A DNA stretch of 64,000 nucleotides from the human T2T-CHM13v2.0 reference genome, Homo sapiens. Below are positions 1-13,991 of the stretch, piece by piece. The DNA is taken from the NCBI RefSeq assembly GCF_009914755.1, contig NC_060926.1. One strand, written 5' to 3'. Each line of letters opens with the position of its first letter. Within the stretch, counting starts at the first letter, position 1. The position numbers and the translations under genes were made by a program. The notes under the pieces are model-generated. The model made no database searches, was not told the DNA's origin, and saw nothing but the letters and a program-made list of their open reading frames with translations.

Positions 1-2486
1 GATTCCAGATGTAGGACTTCTTTAAGCATTTCTTGTAGGGCCTGTCTAGTGGTAATGAATTCCCTGTTTTTGCTTGTGTGGGAAGTGTTTTTTTTTTTAT
101 TTTTCTTTCACTTATGAAGCATAATTTTTTGGGGTTATACTGTCCTTGGCTTGCAGTTTTGTTTCTTTCAATACTTTGAACATATCCCGTTTTCTCCTGG
201 CCTGTTTAAGGTTTCTGCTGAGAACTTGCTGTTAATTAAAGAGGGTTCTTTTATAAGTGACTAGATGTTTTTCTTTTGCTGTTTATAAAATTCTCTTTTG
301 TCTTTAACTTTTGGCATTTTGACTGTTGTGTGCCATGGAGAAGAACTTTTTTGAACTGTGTCTATTTGAGGGTCTCTGAGATTGCTGTATCTGAGTGTCT
401 AAATCTTTTGGTAGATTCAAGAATTTTTCATCTACTATTCTTTAAATATGTTTCCTAATCCTTTTGCTTTCTCTTCACCTTCTAAAACCCCAAATGTTTG
501 AGTATTTGGTCACTATATGGTGTCTTATATACCACATAGGCTTTGCTCATTTTTTTCCCTTCTTTTAAAAAGTTTTCGTCTGACTGGGTTATTTCAAAAG
601 AATTAGGTCTTCAAGTTACGAGATTTTTTTTTTCTGCTTGATCTAAGCTATTGTTGAAGCTTTTGAATGTATTTTGTATCTTATTCAGTGAATTCTTTAG
701 TTCCAGAATTTCGGTTTGGTTCTTTTCCTTGATATCTGTCTGTTTGGTGAATTTTTCATTTGTATCCTGAAGTGTTTTTCTGATTTCTTTGTATTATTTA
801 TCTGTGTTCTCTTGTATCTCACTGAGCTTCTTTATTATCAATATTTTGAATCCTATTTCTGGGATTCTATGATTTTTTAATGGAATATGTTGCTAGAAAA
901 TTATTGTGTTCCTCTGGAGATGTTATATTTCCTCGCTTTTTTAGTGTTTCTTGTGTCTTTATTTCTGTCCATTGGGTGTAACAGTTGCTTCTTTTAATTT
1001 TTTTGAATTTGCTTTTGGAGAAGAGGACTTTTTTCTAAAGATGTATCTATGGTATTGGTTGAGCACTTTGGCTTTGATTCTGGGTGTGTGCAGTAGTCTA
1101 GCCTCTATGATTTCTTTAACTGTAAACAGAATCAGTGGCATCTGTGATTTCCTCAGTGGCTTAGGGTGTGGTTTTTAGTACAGGTTGTGGTGACATTTTA
1201 CTGGGGCCTGGGATGACAGATGGGCCAGTCTTTGGATGCCAGTAAGTAGCAGTGTTAGGCCGAGTGTGCCTGTCCTTGGGCCCCAGGGCTGTGTGTGCTG
1301 GCACACCAGAGTTAGCGGGTCCTGGGAGGCCAATTCTTGGTTCTCTAGATGGCTTGTTTGGGTGCTAGGAATAGCAGCAGTGGACCAGGGGAATAGGTGG
1401 ATTCTCAAGCCCCTGGGCAGCAGGTGTGCTGTGGGTGATGGCAGTAGCAGTGGTGGGACAACCTTTTGGGTCCCAAGTGTTCCATGTTGGCATTGGTGGT
1501 AGTTGCGATGGGTTGTGTGGACCAGTCCCCAGGCCAATAACTGGTACGTGTGAGTGAGTGTCAGCCATGGTAGTAGTGGCAGGTTGGGTGTTTCTGACCT
1601 CAGGCCCACAGGGGATGTCCTCATGTGCCAGTGGTGATGGACTAGTCTGCATGATCTCCAGGCCTCAGTCAGTGTATGTGGGTAATAAGTGGACTAGGAG
1701 GACCTATCATCAGGCACCCTGGAGGTGCATGCAGGCACTGGCTGTGGTATGGTTATCCTTAGGCCACTAGCAGAATGCTTAGATTGTGGCTGCAGTGGCT
1801 GTACTGTGGCCCTGCTCCTGAGGCGGGTGGGGCTGTTTTCAGTGGGAGCAGCCATTGGCAGGCAGCTGGGGGTATATGCTTCACTTGCATTTTGGTCCTG
1901 GGGGCAACAGTATAGCCTGTAGCAACAGGGCTGAAGGCAGTGAGGTTTGTCCTCAGGGGTGGGGGTGGGCTTGTTGCCAGTGGCTCTGGATTCAGCCCTG
2001 GCAGCAGCAGCAGTCAGGAGCAGTGGCAGCTGCAGGAGGGAGGTATCCCTTCATTGCAGCTGCCTGTCTGCTGGGTGGAGAAAGTTGCTGCTTGTGGCTT
2101 GTGCTACCTCCTCAGTGGTGGCAGCAGCCAGCAGCAGCAGCCAGCACTGGTGGTGGCTGTGTGTGGGTTAGCTTTTCATCACAGCTGCTTCTCTGTGGAG
2201 TGGACAAGGTTACTGCCTTCAACTCTGCCTTGGCCCTGGTGGCAGCTGCCAGCAGGGAGGCAGCTGTGGGCAGGGAATGTCAATGGAGCTGTAGATGCAG
2301 GGGCTGTTGGGCCCCCAGGGAAGGATGCAGTCTGGTGGGGGCTGTGCTTTCAAAATGGGATTGTGCTGTAGCTGATTAACACTCTGGGGTTTGTGGACTC
2401 AGTGTGAGCTTCTTCTCCTGAGCAATACTATTGTATAGTCTCCTGGAAGCTCCCTATGTTAGCTTCAGGACCTGTAAAGGTCAAGG

Positions 2487-3477
2487 TGAAACCAACTGCG
2501 TTTGCAAAATTGTGACTGAGACAGTGAAGGAGATCTAACTTAACCAACTCCATCTTGCTTCTAACCTTTGAGCTGTTCTTGTTCCTTCCTGGACGTAGGA
2601 TAAACTAACTTTGGAAGGAAATTAGTTTATAGTTTTACAGTTTAAAACAAAGATGATATGCCTATAATCCCAGCCCTTTTGGAGGCCAAGGTGAGGGGAT
2701 CACTTGAGGTCAGGAATTCCAGACCAGCCTGGCCAACATGGTGAAACCCTGTCTCTACGAAAAATACTAAGAATTAGCTGGGCGTGGTGGTGCATGCCCG
2801 TAATCCCAGCTACTCAGGAGGGTGAGGCAGGAGAATCTCTTGAACCCGGGAGGTGGAGGTTGCAGTGAGCAGATTGTGCCATTGCACTCCAGCCTAGGGG
2901 AGAGTGAGACTCTCAAAACAAAACCAATGACAAGAAAACAAAACTAAAGATGATAACAGCTCTTTCCCAAAACAAACCTCCTTGCCTGGGGACTAGACTG
3001 CTTTTGTAGGACTAACAAATTAGCCACAAGATTAGAAATTATGATTTAGGAATCATGCAGCTGGAGGCAACAAGATTCTGACCCTCTCTAAACTACTCCT
3101 AAGATCAGTGCTTGAGATATTTTGCAGACCTCGCACAGATCAGCTGGCACCACCCAGATTGATAAACTGGCTCATTTGATCTTGTAGCCGCCACCCAGGA
3201 ACTGACTCAGTGCAAGAGGACGGCTTTAGTTCCCTATGATTTCATCTTCTACCTGACCAGTCAGCACTCCTGGCTCACTGTCTTTCCCCCACCCACCAAG
3301 TTGTCCATAAAAACTCTGATCCCTGAATGCTTGGGGAGACTGGTTTGGGTAATAATAAAACTCCAGTCTCCTGCACATCTGGCTCTGCATGTATTACCCT
3401 TTCTCTATCGCAATTCCCCTGTCTTGATAAATGCTCTGTGTAGGCGGGGGGCAAGGTTAACTCATTGGGTGGTTATA
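2487..3477 (+). mobile_element. LTR8 solo LTR (ERV1 class)
   Basis: Starts TGAAACC..TTTGCAAAATTGTGACTGAGACAGTGAA, ends TTGGGTGGTTATA (decayed CA end); 4-bp TSD AAGG at 2483-2486 and 3478-3481; matches recalled LTR8 consensus. Confidence 0.85.
2659..2945 (+). mobile_element. AluS, slightly 5'-truncated, inserted in LTR8
   Basis: Both Alu arms and A-rich tail; TSD AAAGATGATA at 2649-2658 and 2946-2955. Confidence 0.95.
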
Positions 3478-4210
3478 AAGGGGCTCTCTTGTGGCTAGGA
3501 CTGCAGGATGTTGTGGTGGAAATGTGGACTGGGGATATCTCATCTAACTTTTTCCCACACTAAGGATTCTCTCCAGGCTCCTAGCTGATTCCAGCCAAGC
3601 AGCTAGCCTTGTTTCCTTCTCCTTCCTTGCATTATGTATGTCCTGTCACTTCTACGTTTAATTCCAGTATTTTCTCTTAGATGATCTATTTGAAGTGTGG
3701 TTATCTACTAACTAATTTGTTTTCTTTTTTGGGGGAAGAGGTGAGTACCAGATGTATCTAGTCAGTCATCTTGAAGCACCTCTGGAATTTGATTTTTAAG
3801 TCCTGTAAACTATTCTATTGGAATTACATCTAACATATTGATTAACTGGGCAAGAATTGACCACTTTATACTATTAAATTTTAATATTCAGGAACATGAT
3901 GTATCTTTTTAAAAATTTAGGTCTACTTTTCTGCCCTTCATTAAAGTTTTATAGTTTGCTTTATGTAGGTCTTACATATTTATTTTAGTTTACTCGCAGG
4001 CATTTAGGAGTTCATTATCATTATGATGAATGGAATAAATGTTTCTATTACATTTTCTGATTAGAGATTGTTGATAAATAAACTTTTTTTGTGTGTGTTA
4101 AGCTTGTATCACCTGGCTTACTTTTCACCTTGGTTTTTAATAGCCTTTCATTTGATTCTTTTGGAGATTCTAGGAGAAAATTGTAGAATTTACAAATACC
4201 AACAGTTTTC

Positions 4211-4736
4211 TGTATAGCCAGAGTCTTACTGGCGAAATTAGAAACTACTTTGAGTATTTACCACAAAGGGAATTTAAAACAGGAAAGTGGTTAAAGAGGT
4301 GAAAAGGCCCTTGAAAAACCACACCAGTAACAAATAGATAACCCAGGGGTTAATAATAGCAGACTGAATAGCAGCTTCTAGACTGAAGCAGTAAAGGAAG
4401 GAGGCAGTGTTAGTGGAGCCAAAAGCCAGGCACACAAAAGAAGCCAGAAGCATGGTAGACCTGTCCTTTGGGAGAAAGCAGGAGTCATAAAGGAGACTTA
4501 GCTTCTGCCACAGAAGGTGTCAGAGGCAAAAAGGAAGTGGGAGAAATACCCTAGATTCTTCCTTCTGCCTCTCTGAATCCTCCACCGGTGCTTTCTACCT
4601 GTATGAGTCAGTGATGCCAACTGAAAAGAAAGCATGGTAAATGCGGTCTGTAGGAGCTGGCCAACTCACAATAGAGAGCAAAGGATGGGTGGTTCAGGAA
4701 TGGATCTGAGGGCAGGTAGACCTAGAATTGGCCCAC
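4211..4736. mobile_element. Ancient LTR (LTR33/LTR78-like, family uncertain)
   Basis: TG..CA-bounded, purine-rich block interrupting the L1ME; its end motif gaatggatctgag resembles the element at 59498-59850. Confidence 0.45.
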
Positions 4737-4955
4737 TTTTTAATATTTAATCCTCTTAATTATTTTTCTCATTTTATTGCATTGGTGAGGACAATATTGT
4801 AGTGTGCTGGAGATAGGAAGTCTGTGCTTGTTCATGACTTTAGTAATAATATTTCTAATGTTTCAGTCTTAAATAGGATGTTTGCTATTGCTTGTAATTA
4901 CTTTTTATCAGATTTTTAAAAATAAAATAATTTTTAGCACTTAGATGCTTTTATA

Positions 4956-4976
4956 CGCGCGCGCGCGCGCGCGCGC
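4956..4976. repeat. (CG)10 C dinucleotide tract
   Basis: Directly read: tata-cgcgcgcgcgcgcgcgcgcgc-tata (one extra a before the tract). Confidence 0.98.
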
Positions 4977-5065
4977 TATATTAATGTAGCGAATTATACT
5001 AATAGATTTGTTAATGCTGAATCAGCCTTCCATTGTTGGGAAAAACCTTACTTTATCAGGATATA

Positions 5066-5067
<2 letters not shown>

Positions 5068-5100
<33 letters not shown>

Positions 5101-5200
5101 AGACAGGGCCTTGCTCTACTGCCTAGGCTGGAGTGCAGTGGCATCATCTTGGCTCACTGCAATCTCTGCCTCCTGGGCTCAAGCAGTCCTCCTACCTCAC
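5068..5200 (-). mobile_element. Truncated Alu (AluJ-like 3' part) with long poly(T)
   Basis: About T30 followed by gagacagggccttgctct...ggctcaagcagtcctcctacctca. Confidence 0.9.
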
Positions 5201-5399
5201 CCCTCAATCCCCAGCCCTGTCAGATAAGTCACTGCATTTCCTCTATTCTCCTACCACTTTTACTTAACAGAATATTCACCCTATGTCTGGTCCCTTCCTG
5301 GAATCCCTCCCATCTCTACCCCCATTTCATATGCTGCAGCCACTGGGACCCCAGAATAATTCCCCCCGGTAAACCATATTAGGAAGAAAGAAGTAAGAA

Positions 5400-6070
5400 C
5401 AAGGTACTTTGTTCCAGACGTTGTGCTAAGGTGTTTTACATACATTAAATAAAGCCAATTGCCCCCAACAATGGTTCTCAAACTTTAAAGAAGAATCATG
5501 TGACTTCATATTTTTAATTTGATTTTTAGTACATAATTTTGAGATCTGCTGATTTAGCTACAAGAGCTCAGCTCCTTTTATTAGGTAAACTCAAATTGAA
5601 ATATATCTTTTCTGCTTATTACCTAGGTGGCATTGACAAGTGTATTATACATTTTAACATTAGTTTCTTTATCAGAAAATGAGTATATTAATAACTATAT
5701 TGAGAATAAAGGAGATTAAATGTGCACATTGAGGGCTTATCACAATGCCTGAAACAGTGTCCGTAACCAATCAACAATCAGTTGCCACTACTCAAGTTAG
5801 AAGACCTAGATACTTCCCCTAAATAGGGTGTTACTTTGGACAACTTACATTACTTCTTTGTGTTAATATTTAATCAACTGCAAATGCATTTGTTTGGCTT
5901 TTTAAAAATAATTTTGAAATATGCTTTTACATCTCTTCCGACAACTTTGTATGGTAAATACTGTTCGTTGTTTAGAGGAGCAACTTGGCTTGAGTGCCTT
6001 ACCTAAAGTCACAGAGTTAATCAGTGGTAGATGAAGGCTTTGAACTCAAGTTTTCTGATGTTAGGTCCTG
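5400..6070. mobile_element. Cluster of MIR fragments (~5400-5475, ~5590-5790, ~5960-6070)
   Basis: MIR core-like motifs: ttgtgctaaggtgttttacatacatta, tttctttatcagaaaatgag, cctaaagtcacagagttaatcagtggtaga. Confidence 0.6.
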
Positions 6071-8183
6071 ATTCTTTTGTGTAAATATCACAATGGTCCT
6101 CAAATGAAAGAGTTAAACACATGATCTGTGTAATTCTTTCTGTCACTAAGAAGTCTGTTATCAAATGTACCAATCTTAGGGATAGTGCTAAAGGAATTGG
6201 GTGTCAGACTGCCATCACTCCCTGAGATAAGACAAAGAGTAGACAACAAAGCCTCATTTATACCACATCCTTGGTTAGGATACCTCCAGCCTAAATGAGA
6301 GAGCTGGGGGACTCAATCACAATGGTGAGGCCAAGAGTGGATTCAAATCTGCTTTCTGGAAAGTATTTTTGAGAGATACAAAGTCTCCATTCCTCTATGG
6401 CCATTCCCCCTGGATAGGCACCAAAATCTGGGGATGAAATGAACATGCAATCTACTGAGTTGGAAAGTCTGCTTAAATTTTGGAGGCTATAGGTCTATGC
6501 AAGTCAAGTTGGGTTTTTCTGATTTTCTCAGATCCTTCTGCACCCAAGTTTTGTTTTCCAGTCTTCTTGGATGGCACAGAAGAAGCTGGTAGTACCATTA
6601 ACCTTTTGCCCTGCCCTGGTACCCCAACTCAATGTAAGAGGAGGATGGGGAGGGGAGGTAGAGGGCATGTCCTTTTAGGGGGTTCACAAAGGGTCATTTT
6701 ACTTTTTCTTTCTTCTTATGGAGCAGCCATCTTTCTTCTCCAAAGCCAAGAGATGGAATCTCCTGGAAAGTTCTTCATAATAGTCTGGGATAGCCTCCAA
6801 GCAGGGCGATCTGAATTTTGTTATCTACAAGATACTTGATGAGCAGCAGAACCTACAGGCATAACTTGAATGTCTTCAGAGTTGTAAGAGGAGAGAATTT
6901 CTGGAGAATGTACTGTGAACCTAGATGTTCCCTTTTATTATGAGGTGATTACACAGTTTTCACCCAAACTTAGATTGTTTGAGAGTAAAAGGGGACACTA
7001 TAATTTTCTCTGGATAATAAGTGCAAAATAGGACTCTCCAAGGATAACCAGGTTGTCTGATTACTCGATCTCAAATTTAGTTTAATATACTTTATCACAG
7101 AGCGTGTGATATATGCATGTTAATTTTAATCTACAAACTCTATAAGTGGTTAGTTAATATTTGAAGTACCCTAATTGAGAATGCATGCTTTCAAAGGAGT
7201 TAACATTTGAATGACTAATCAGAAGCCCACTCTTCTAAGGTGACATTGGCTTCAGTTATCTTTGTTAATTAGCATCACAAAAATATAAGAAATTTTTCAT
7301 TAGTGAAGTCAGTGTTATTCAAATGCATGCATAGGCCAGAAATATTGTACAGGCATTTCCCCTCTTACATTAACAGTGTATATAAGTATTTAGGGAACTC
7401 AAGCGCCTATGCTATTTGGAATAGACTTCTAGGCTTAGGATTCCAAGGAAATTGTGAGACTGTTTTCAGTTTCCCAATGGAATATTTTTTTTCCTGATTC
7501 TGACCAGAAGGATAACTGAACATCATTGTGTCTGATTCAAGAGATCCTTTCAAGCACGGATGAGCATAGAGCTAGAATTTTATTAAGCCTACAGGTTGTA
7601 AGACTGTTTTAAGCCTGCGAGTTGTAAGACTGCCTGCCTTCTACAATACTTGCTAGTAGGGGAGGCAAATTTATCATAGTACGCTACATGATTGCAAGGA
7701 TGAGGGGAAGGAGCTATATAGTCCTTACCTACCTCTAACTTCAGAGGGCTATAGATATCTTCCAAAAAGTTCTGAATTGGCTTAGACTAGTATATGAAAC
7801 ATCATTTTCAGGCCATTCCCTACCATGGAGAAGAAGGGATGCTTGATGTTTGTCCTCTATGATTTGAGGGTATGTTTGAACTTAAAGACAGGTGTCCAGC
7901 TGGGTCCTGGAGATTTCTGAAAAAGGGAGGCCAGTGGAGTAACAAATGCTTCCAAAGCCTGAAAAAAAAACATGCTATAGTGTCTCAGAAGTGGGGGCAG
8001 AGGACGAATTGCTAAGACATCCATTTTCCAAGGTCTTTGGAGGGTAAGGAAAAGGATTCCACATGAAGGAATCCAAAAATTACAGGAGGTGAAGGAGTTC
8101 CAGGCTGTATGCTAGAGAAGGGGTGGACATTTTATCACTAGAAGGTCCAAGAGAGGCCTTATTTTGGACACAGCTGCCATTTC

Positions 8184-8490
8184 TTTTTTCTTTTTCTTTT
8201 TTTTTTTTTAACGATGGAGTCTCACTTTGTCACCCAGGCTGGAGTGCAATGGCACGATCTTGGCTCACTGCAACCTCCGCCTCCTGGGTTCAAGCTATTC
8301 TCTTGCCTCAGCTCCTGAGTAGCTGGGATTACAGGCACCTGCCACCATGTCCAGCTAATTGTCTGTATTTTTAGTAGAGATGGGGTTTCACCAAGTTGGT
8401 CAGGCTGGTCTTGAACCTGACCTCAAGTGATCCACCAACCTTGGCCTCCCAAAGTGCTGGAATTACAGGCATGAGCCACTGCACCTGGCC
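8184..8490 (-). mobile_element. AluS
   Basis: Full antisense dimer; TSD cagctg(c/t)catttc at 8171-8183 and 8495-8507. Confidence 0.95.
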
Positions 8491-8658
8491 CATTCAGCTG
8501 TCATTTCAAAAGGGGCCTCCATGGTGGAGGGGGCCAGAGTGAAGTTTTATGCCATTCCAATAAAACCATGTACAATGTTTGTTCGGTAGCAACTATATCA
8601 TCCAAGGCTATCAAGACTACCTGGCAGAACCAGAGCAGGGTAGGGAACTCCTTCTAAT

Positions 8659-8849
8659 TGTCTTCATATGCTCTGGTTATTATAACAAAATATCATAAAC
8701 TGGATGGCTTGAAAAGCAGACACTTATTTTCTCACAGTTCTGGAGGCTGACAGTCTGAGATCAGGGTGCCAATGTGGTCAGGGGATGTGTGACCTCTTTC
8801 GGCTTTGTAGAGCCTACTCTCTCTCTGTGTGCTCACATAGGCTTCCTTG

Positions 8850-8887
<38 letters not shown>

Positions 8888-9064
8888 CTCTGGTGCCTCT
8901 TCCTCTTCCTGTAGGCACACTAATCCCATCATGGGGCTCTACCCTCATGACCTCATTGAAACCTAATTACTTCCCAAAGGCCCCATCTCCAAATACCATT
9001 ACAGTGGGAGTTAGGGCTTCAACATATGAATTTTGGAAGGGACAGAAACATTCAGTCCATAACA
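8659..9064 (-). mobile_element. MaLR solo LTR (MSTC/MSTD-like) containing (TA)n at 8857-8886
   Basis: tataacaaaatatcataaactgg..ctcacagttctggaggctg..ctaatcccatcatg..cattcagtccataaca. Confidence 0.85.
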
Positions 9065-9946
9065 CTAATACTTAAAGGAGTCTCCTCATGACCTCTGCCT
9101 TCCCATCTGTCCTCCTGTCCTCATACTCTGGATTACAGGTCCTAGAAGAGGAAAGGGAACATATGTATCAGAGCCTATTTCTTCCCTCCCACTCCAAGCT
9201 CTCAGAAACAGAAACAAATGTTCCACCAAAGATTTTACAGGCCGGCCAGTGGTTTCATGACATATCAAAAGAAGAAAGTTTTTTTTTTCTTTGAACTCTT
9301 CCCTCATTTGTCCTAGAAAACTCTCCCTTTATGTGTGGTTTAAACTAAAAGCTTCAATTAAACTACTACCACCCATTGGGGGAAATCTGTGGCCATGCTC
9401 TTTTGATTGTTACCATAGAGGGAGGGTACTGCTGGTTATCATGAGCTGGAGCCAGAGAAGCTAATGTCCTGCAATGTGCAGCAAAGTCCCACATAGCAAG
9501 AATTGTGCCACGTTCTCCATGTTTCTTGAATATCCTGCTGGATATTCATGTAAGTGAGAAATTCTGTTTGTAATTATTCTGGGCCTAAAACATACTTACT
9601 TATGTGTCTCTGTGTGTTTGGCATGGTTTTAATATACTAGATTTTCCAGGAATTCAGCTGCTATGCAAATTAAGAAGGTGGTGGCTTATTTTGTCTGAAA
9701 ATTTTCTGAGAATGTTTGTTATATCAGAAAATGGTATCAGAAGTGGCCATACCACTTAATGGTATTTGAGGGGCCAATGAAACCTACCAACATCCATCTG
9801 CATTTGTAGCTATTACAATCATGGTGACTCCATTGTAGATATAAGTGTCTGACTACCTCATTATGGGCCATATGGCTGAGCAGTTATACATTCAAATGCC
9901 TATTATATGATTGTACATAGCTTTTCTTTTAGTTCTCCTCTATATT

Positions 9947-10377
<431 letters not shown>

Positions 10378-10770
10378 TTATAGTACATTTAGGGAATTTT
10401 ATTGAATTGTTTGAAATATGTGGGGATAGAAAATATCCAATAATTTAATTTCTTGATGTTAAAGGAGTATTAGTTAATAATTATCCTAAGAAGAAGTTGA
10501 TGGGGCTAGATAGAATTTAAAACCACTGGTTTAGTGGAAAACAGACGTAGCAAAGGAGGAACTACCTACTGCCTACAAGCATGCTCCTTGGACAGAGGGT
10601 CTCACACTTCCCACTCTCATTCCTACTCACACAAATGGTTAAACAAATATTCTCCCAATTAAAAAAAATCTTCTTTGGGAAGAATTACACTGCTAACGAA
10701 GAGAATTTCTTTATTTTGTTACAAGTAAATCCAGATTTAATCAAAGTACAGGTTCCCTGGAGACAAAGGG

Positions 10771-10988
10771 GTGTCTTAGTACATTTGGGTTGCTGTAACA
10801 AAGTACTGTAAACCGACTGGTTAAAAGCAACAGAAGTTTATTTCTCATCATTCTTGACCTCACAACTCTGGACACTGGAGAGACCAAGATCAGGGCTCTG
10901 GCAGATTTCGTGCCTGGTAAGGGCCTGTTTTTTTCCGGTTCATAGATGGTGTCTTCTTGCTGCGTCCTCACATGGTGGAAGGGATGAG
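10771..10988 (-). mobile_element. MaLR LTR fragment (MSTC/D-like)
   Basis: tgtcttagtacatttgggttgctgtaacaaagtac..ttcatagatggtgtcttcttgctgcgtcctcacatggtggaagg. Confidence 0.8.
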
Positions 10989-11349
10989 ATTAATTTCTGC
11001 AACTTTAATATTTGATTAAAAAATTGCTACCAAAAGGAGTAAATAATATTTTAAGGTAATACTCCCTACTGAGAACAATCAGACATTGAATTATGGCTTT
11101 TTGATTAGAGTCAGGGAAAATCTGATGAACACAAGTATCAGAATGCCTCCAGCTAAACTTTACAAGGTTCAGGAAGAATCACTCAGTAATTTACAAAGGG
11201 CAGAGATATTTTATGGTTCAGAAAACTGCAAAATAAATTACAAATAAAAATCAAATAAAAGTCATTCAGAGAAGGAAAGGCTTACGTGGTTTATTCCAAT
11301 GTAATTGTAGTTACTAGAGCCAGGAAGCACTATAGTCAAAACACATAAT

Positions 11350-12235
11350 TCCCCTGCTTAGGGACCTTCCATTGAACTCCGAGTAAAGTTCAAAATTGTC
11401 TACAGAGCCTTGCAAGACCTACTTCCTGCTTCTTTCTTCAGCCTTATCTCATATGTCTGCTCCAGCCCCACTAGACTCTGTTCTCCGGTATTTTTCCTTA
11501 GGCTCCTGCCTTAAGGTCTTTGAACGTGCTGTTCCCTCTGTCTGAGACCTCCAGACCTTCAGCCTTTGCCTGCTAACCGGTTGCTTAGATCTCAGTCTTA
11601 ATGTCTTTCTCAGGGAAGACTTCCTACCTCCCCAGACTAGGTTTCAGGGCCCTCGTCATATGCTTTCACAACACCCTGTTTAGCCTATTTGAAATTATTT
11701 GATTTAATGGATGTAATTATTTATATGAATTGGCTTAGATCAATGTGCAACACTTGTCATTTTCAACCTCCTTCATACTATGGAGAAGAGAGGGATTCTT
11801 GACATTGGTCTCCTTTGATTTGAGGATATGTTTAAACTCCAAACCCTTGAATATCTGTCTTGCCCGTTAGACTACAGTCTTTGCTAGGTCTTGGATCCTA
11901 TCTATCTTCTTTTCCATTGTCTGTTGACTGACAAAATAGGTGCTTAATATATGATTTTCAACAAATGTAATGATGTTGATAACAATGTCATCTTTAGGAT
12001 TAGATAATGATACACATTCCTTATATACTTTAGAAATGTAAGTATCATGTTTCTCTAGTTTGCTTGGCATTATACTGGCAATCTCAGATATATATGGTTA
12101 TATTAGGCATATATTCATTTACTTAATACATGTTAATTGAGTTCTTATGTGCAGGGCACAATGCTAGGCACTGGGGATAGTGAACAAGAACAATGAACAA
12201 GTCAGGCATGATCCCTGCTCTACAGGAAATTGGAG
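11350..12235. mobile_element. L2 fragments (~11350-11690 and ~12115-12235)
   Basis: L2 3' motifs: ctttgaacgtgctgttccctctgtctg, ctcagggaagacttcc, caatgctaggcactggggatag..atccctgctct. Confidence 0.6.
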
Positions 12236-13240
12236 CAGAAAGTAAAAATAAATTTACACCTTTTGTTATTGAATTGTAATGCTGATGAGAACAGTGAGGT
12301 AAGGATTAAGGTGCTAAGTGACTGTGACCCTCTTACTTGTTTGCTTTCAGAAAACTGCAGTCTGATGTATGCTACCTGTGCCAGTTAGATGAATTTAAAG
12401 ATTATAGCTTCTGGTTTTAACTAAGCAAATCACCACAAAATTGGTATGAATAAAGGGTTAGCAAACTCTTTCTCCTTCTGCATAAAAACTTGACTTTTTG
12501 TTAGCTTTCAAGCTCTTTCTTCAGAGTGCCTAGAAAGGTAATGTGTCAAATATGTTGCTAGGCAACATTGCTTACTGTGAAAATGACTGAGTAAAAGGCT
12601 ACAACTGGACTCAAAGAACTATACGTTCTTAGCTTTTGGTTGAGTGTGGTAACTCTTAGAGCTGAGTATGTCTCCGTGGGAACCTGGAAGCTATGCCTAC
12701 AGAGTTGTTATATGAGATGTTGGCTACCAGGGCAGATTCTGAAATAAGCCACTGTGGAGGATGTCATATTCTTGAACCTGAGCTATCACACAGGGAGGAC
12801 AGAGGCCATCCCCGCAACTGAAGCAAGGACTCCAGGAGAGCAAAGCCTAGCTCTGTCCTCTGGCAGGCTGTGACTCCTAGCCTATGTCTATCTGAATAAA
12901 TCTGAAGCCAAGTGTGGCCTGAGATAGTCCAAGAGTCTGAATATTTCATAGAACCTTAAGATCCTCTGGTAGGCATCATAATGGCTTCCAAAAGATTCCT
13001 GCAAAAAACTTGCCAGTTAGAAATAATACTAATAATACAAACACAAGGAGACAAGAAGAAAATGTCAGAGTCAACACCTCTTTGACTCCTAGTACAGGCT
13101 CTTCATCGGGCACATTGCAAGGTAAAAACAGTGACAATCTAATCAGATCTAATAAGCAGTCGGCCAAAAAGATTACAATGATCAAGAAGGGTCTTTGAAA
13201 TATGACTTTATATCCACTATCATTAAAAATACATGTTTTT

Positions 13241-13579
<339 letters not shown>

Positions 13580-13861
13580 TTAAATGTACGGTGCCTTGAA
13601 CTATTTTGAGATGTAAAGTGCGTGTAGTATGCCATGAGAGTGTAACTAGAGGCGTGATGAAGTCATCTTAACGAGCTTAGCAGACATTTAAGAACTAAGC
13701 TTCTGGAATTTCATTAAGAATAATATTTTCACTGACAGAGTTTGATTCCATTTAGAAACAAAAAAATTTTAACAAGTTTATTTTTGTTTTATATTTTAAG
13801 AATTTCCATTTTTGTATGTTTTCTAAATCTGTAGTACATAGTATAGTAAAAATGGCTTATA

Positions 13862-13973
13862 TTAGGTTGGTGCAAAAGTAACTGTGGTTTTGCCATTACT
13901 TTTAATGGGAAACTGGAAGCTATGCCTACATTACTTTCAATGGCAAACTGCAATTACTTTTTCACCATCCTAA
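13862..13973. mobile_element. MADE1 (Hsmar1-derived MITE) with an internal templated insertion
   Basis: TIRs ttaggttggtgcaaaagtaa and ttactttttcaccatcctaa; TA TSDs; about 30 bp longer than the 80-bp consensus. Confidence 0.93.
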
Positions 13974-13991
13974 TATTTTATAAATATAGGC

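Larger units (their letters stand above)
1..3780 (-). mobile_element. Old L1 (L1M/L1MA-type) 5' portion: decayed ORF1 and GC-rich 5'UTR, interrupted by LTR8
   Basis: T-rich antisense ORF1-like sequence at 1-1000, GC/CAG-rich 5'UTR at 1150-2480, resuming after the LTR and ending in the L1M 5'-end motif ctagtcagtcatctt near 3760-3772. Confidence 0.75.
3790..5067 (-). mobile_element. Ancient L1ME-type ORF2 remnant, interrupted by an LTR
   Basis: Degenerate antisense ORF2 motifs such as ggcaagaattgaccactttata, caggaacatgatgtatc and gctgaatcagccttccatt. Confidence 0.6.

Noticed and set aside
1175-2379. Stack of long overlapping ORFs (up to 174 aa, Q/A/S-rich)
   Set aside because: They lie in the GC- and CAG-rich 5'UTR of an old L1, are open on both strands and resemble no known protein.
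6990-7560. Repeat-free AT-rich stretch that might be a conserved element or ncRNA
   Set aside because: No recognisable RNA structure or family motif; conservation cannot be judged from this sequence alone.
7583-7632. 26-bp two-copy tandem repeat (similar small duplications near 26207, 45916, 56307 and 63660)
   Set aside because: Only two units each: ordinary slippage duplications, not CRISPR-like arrays.
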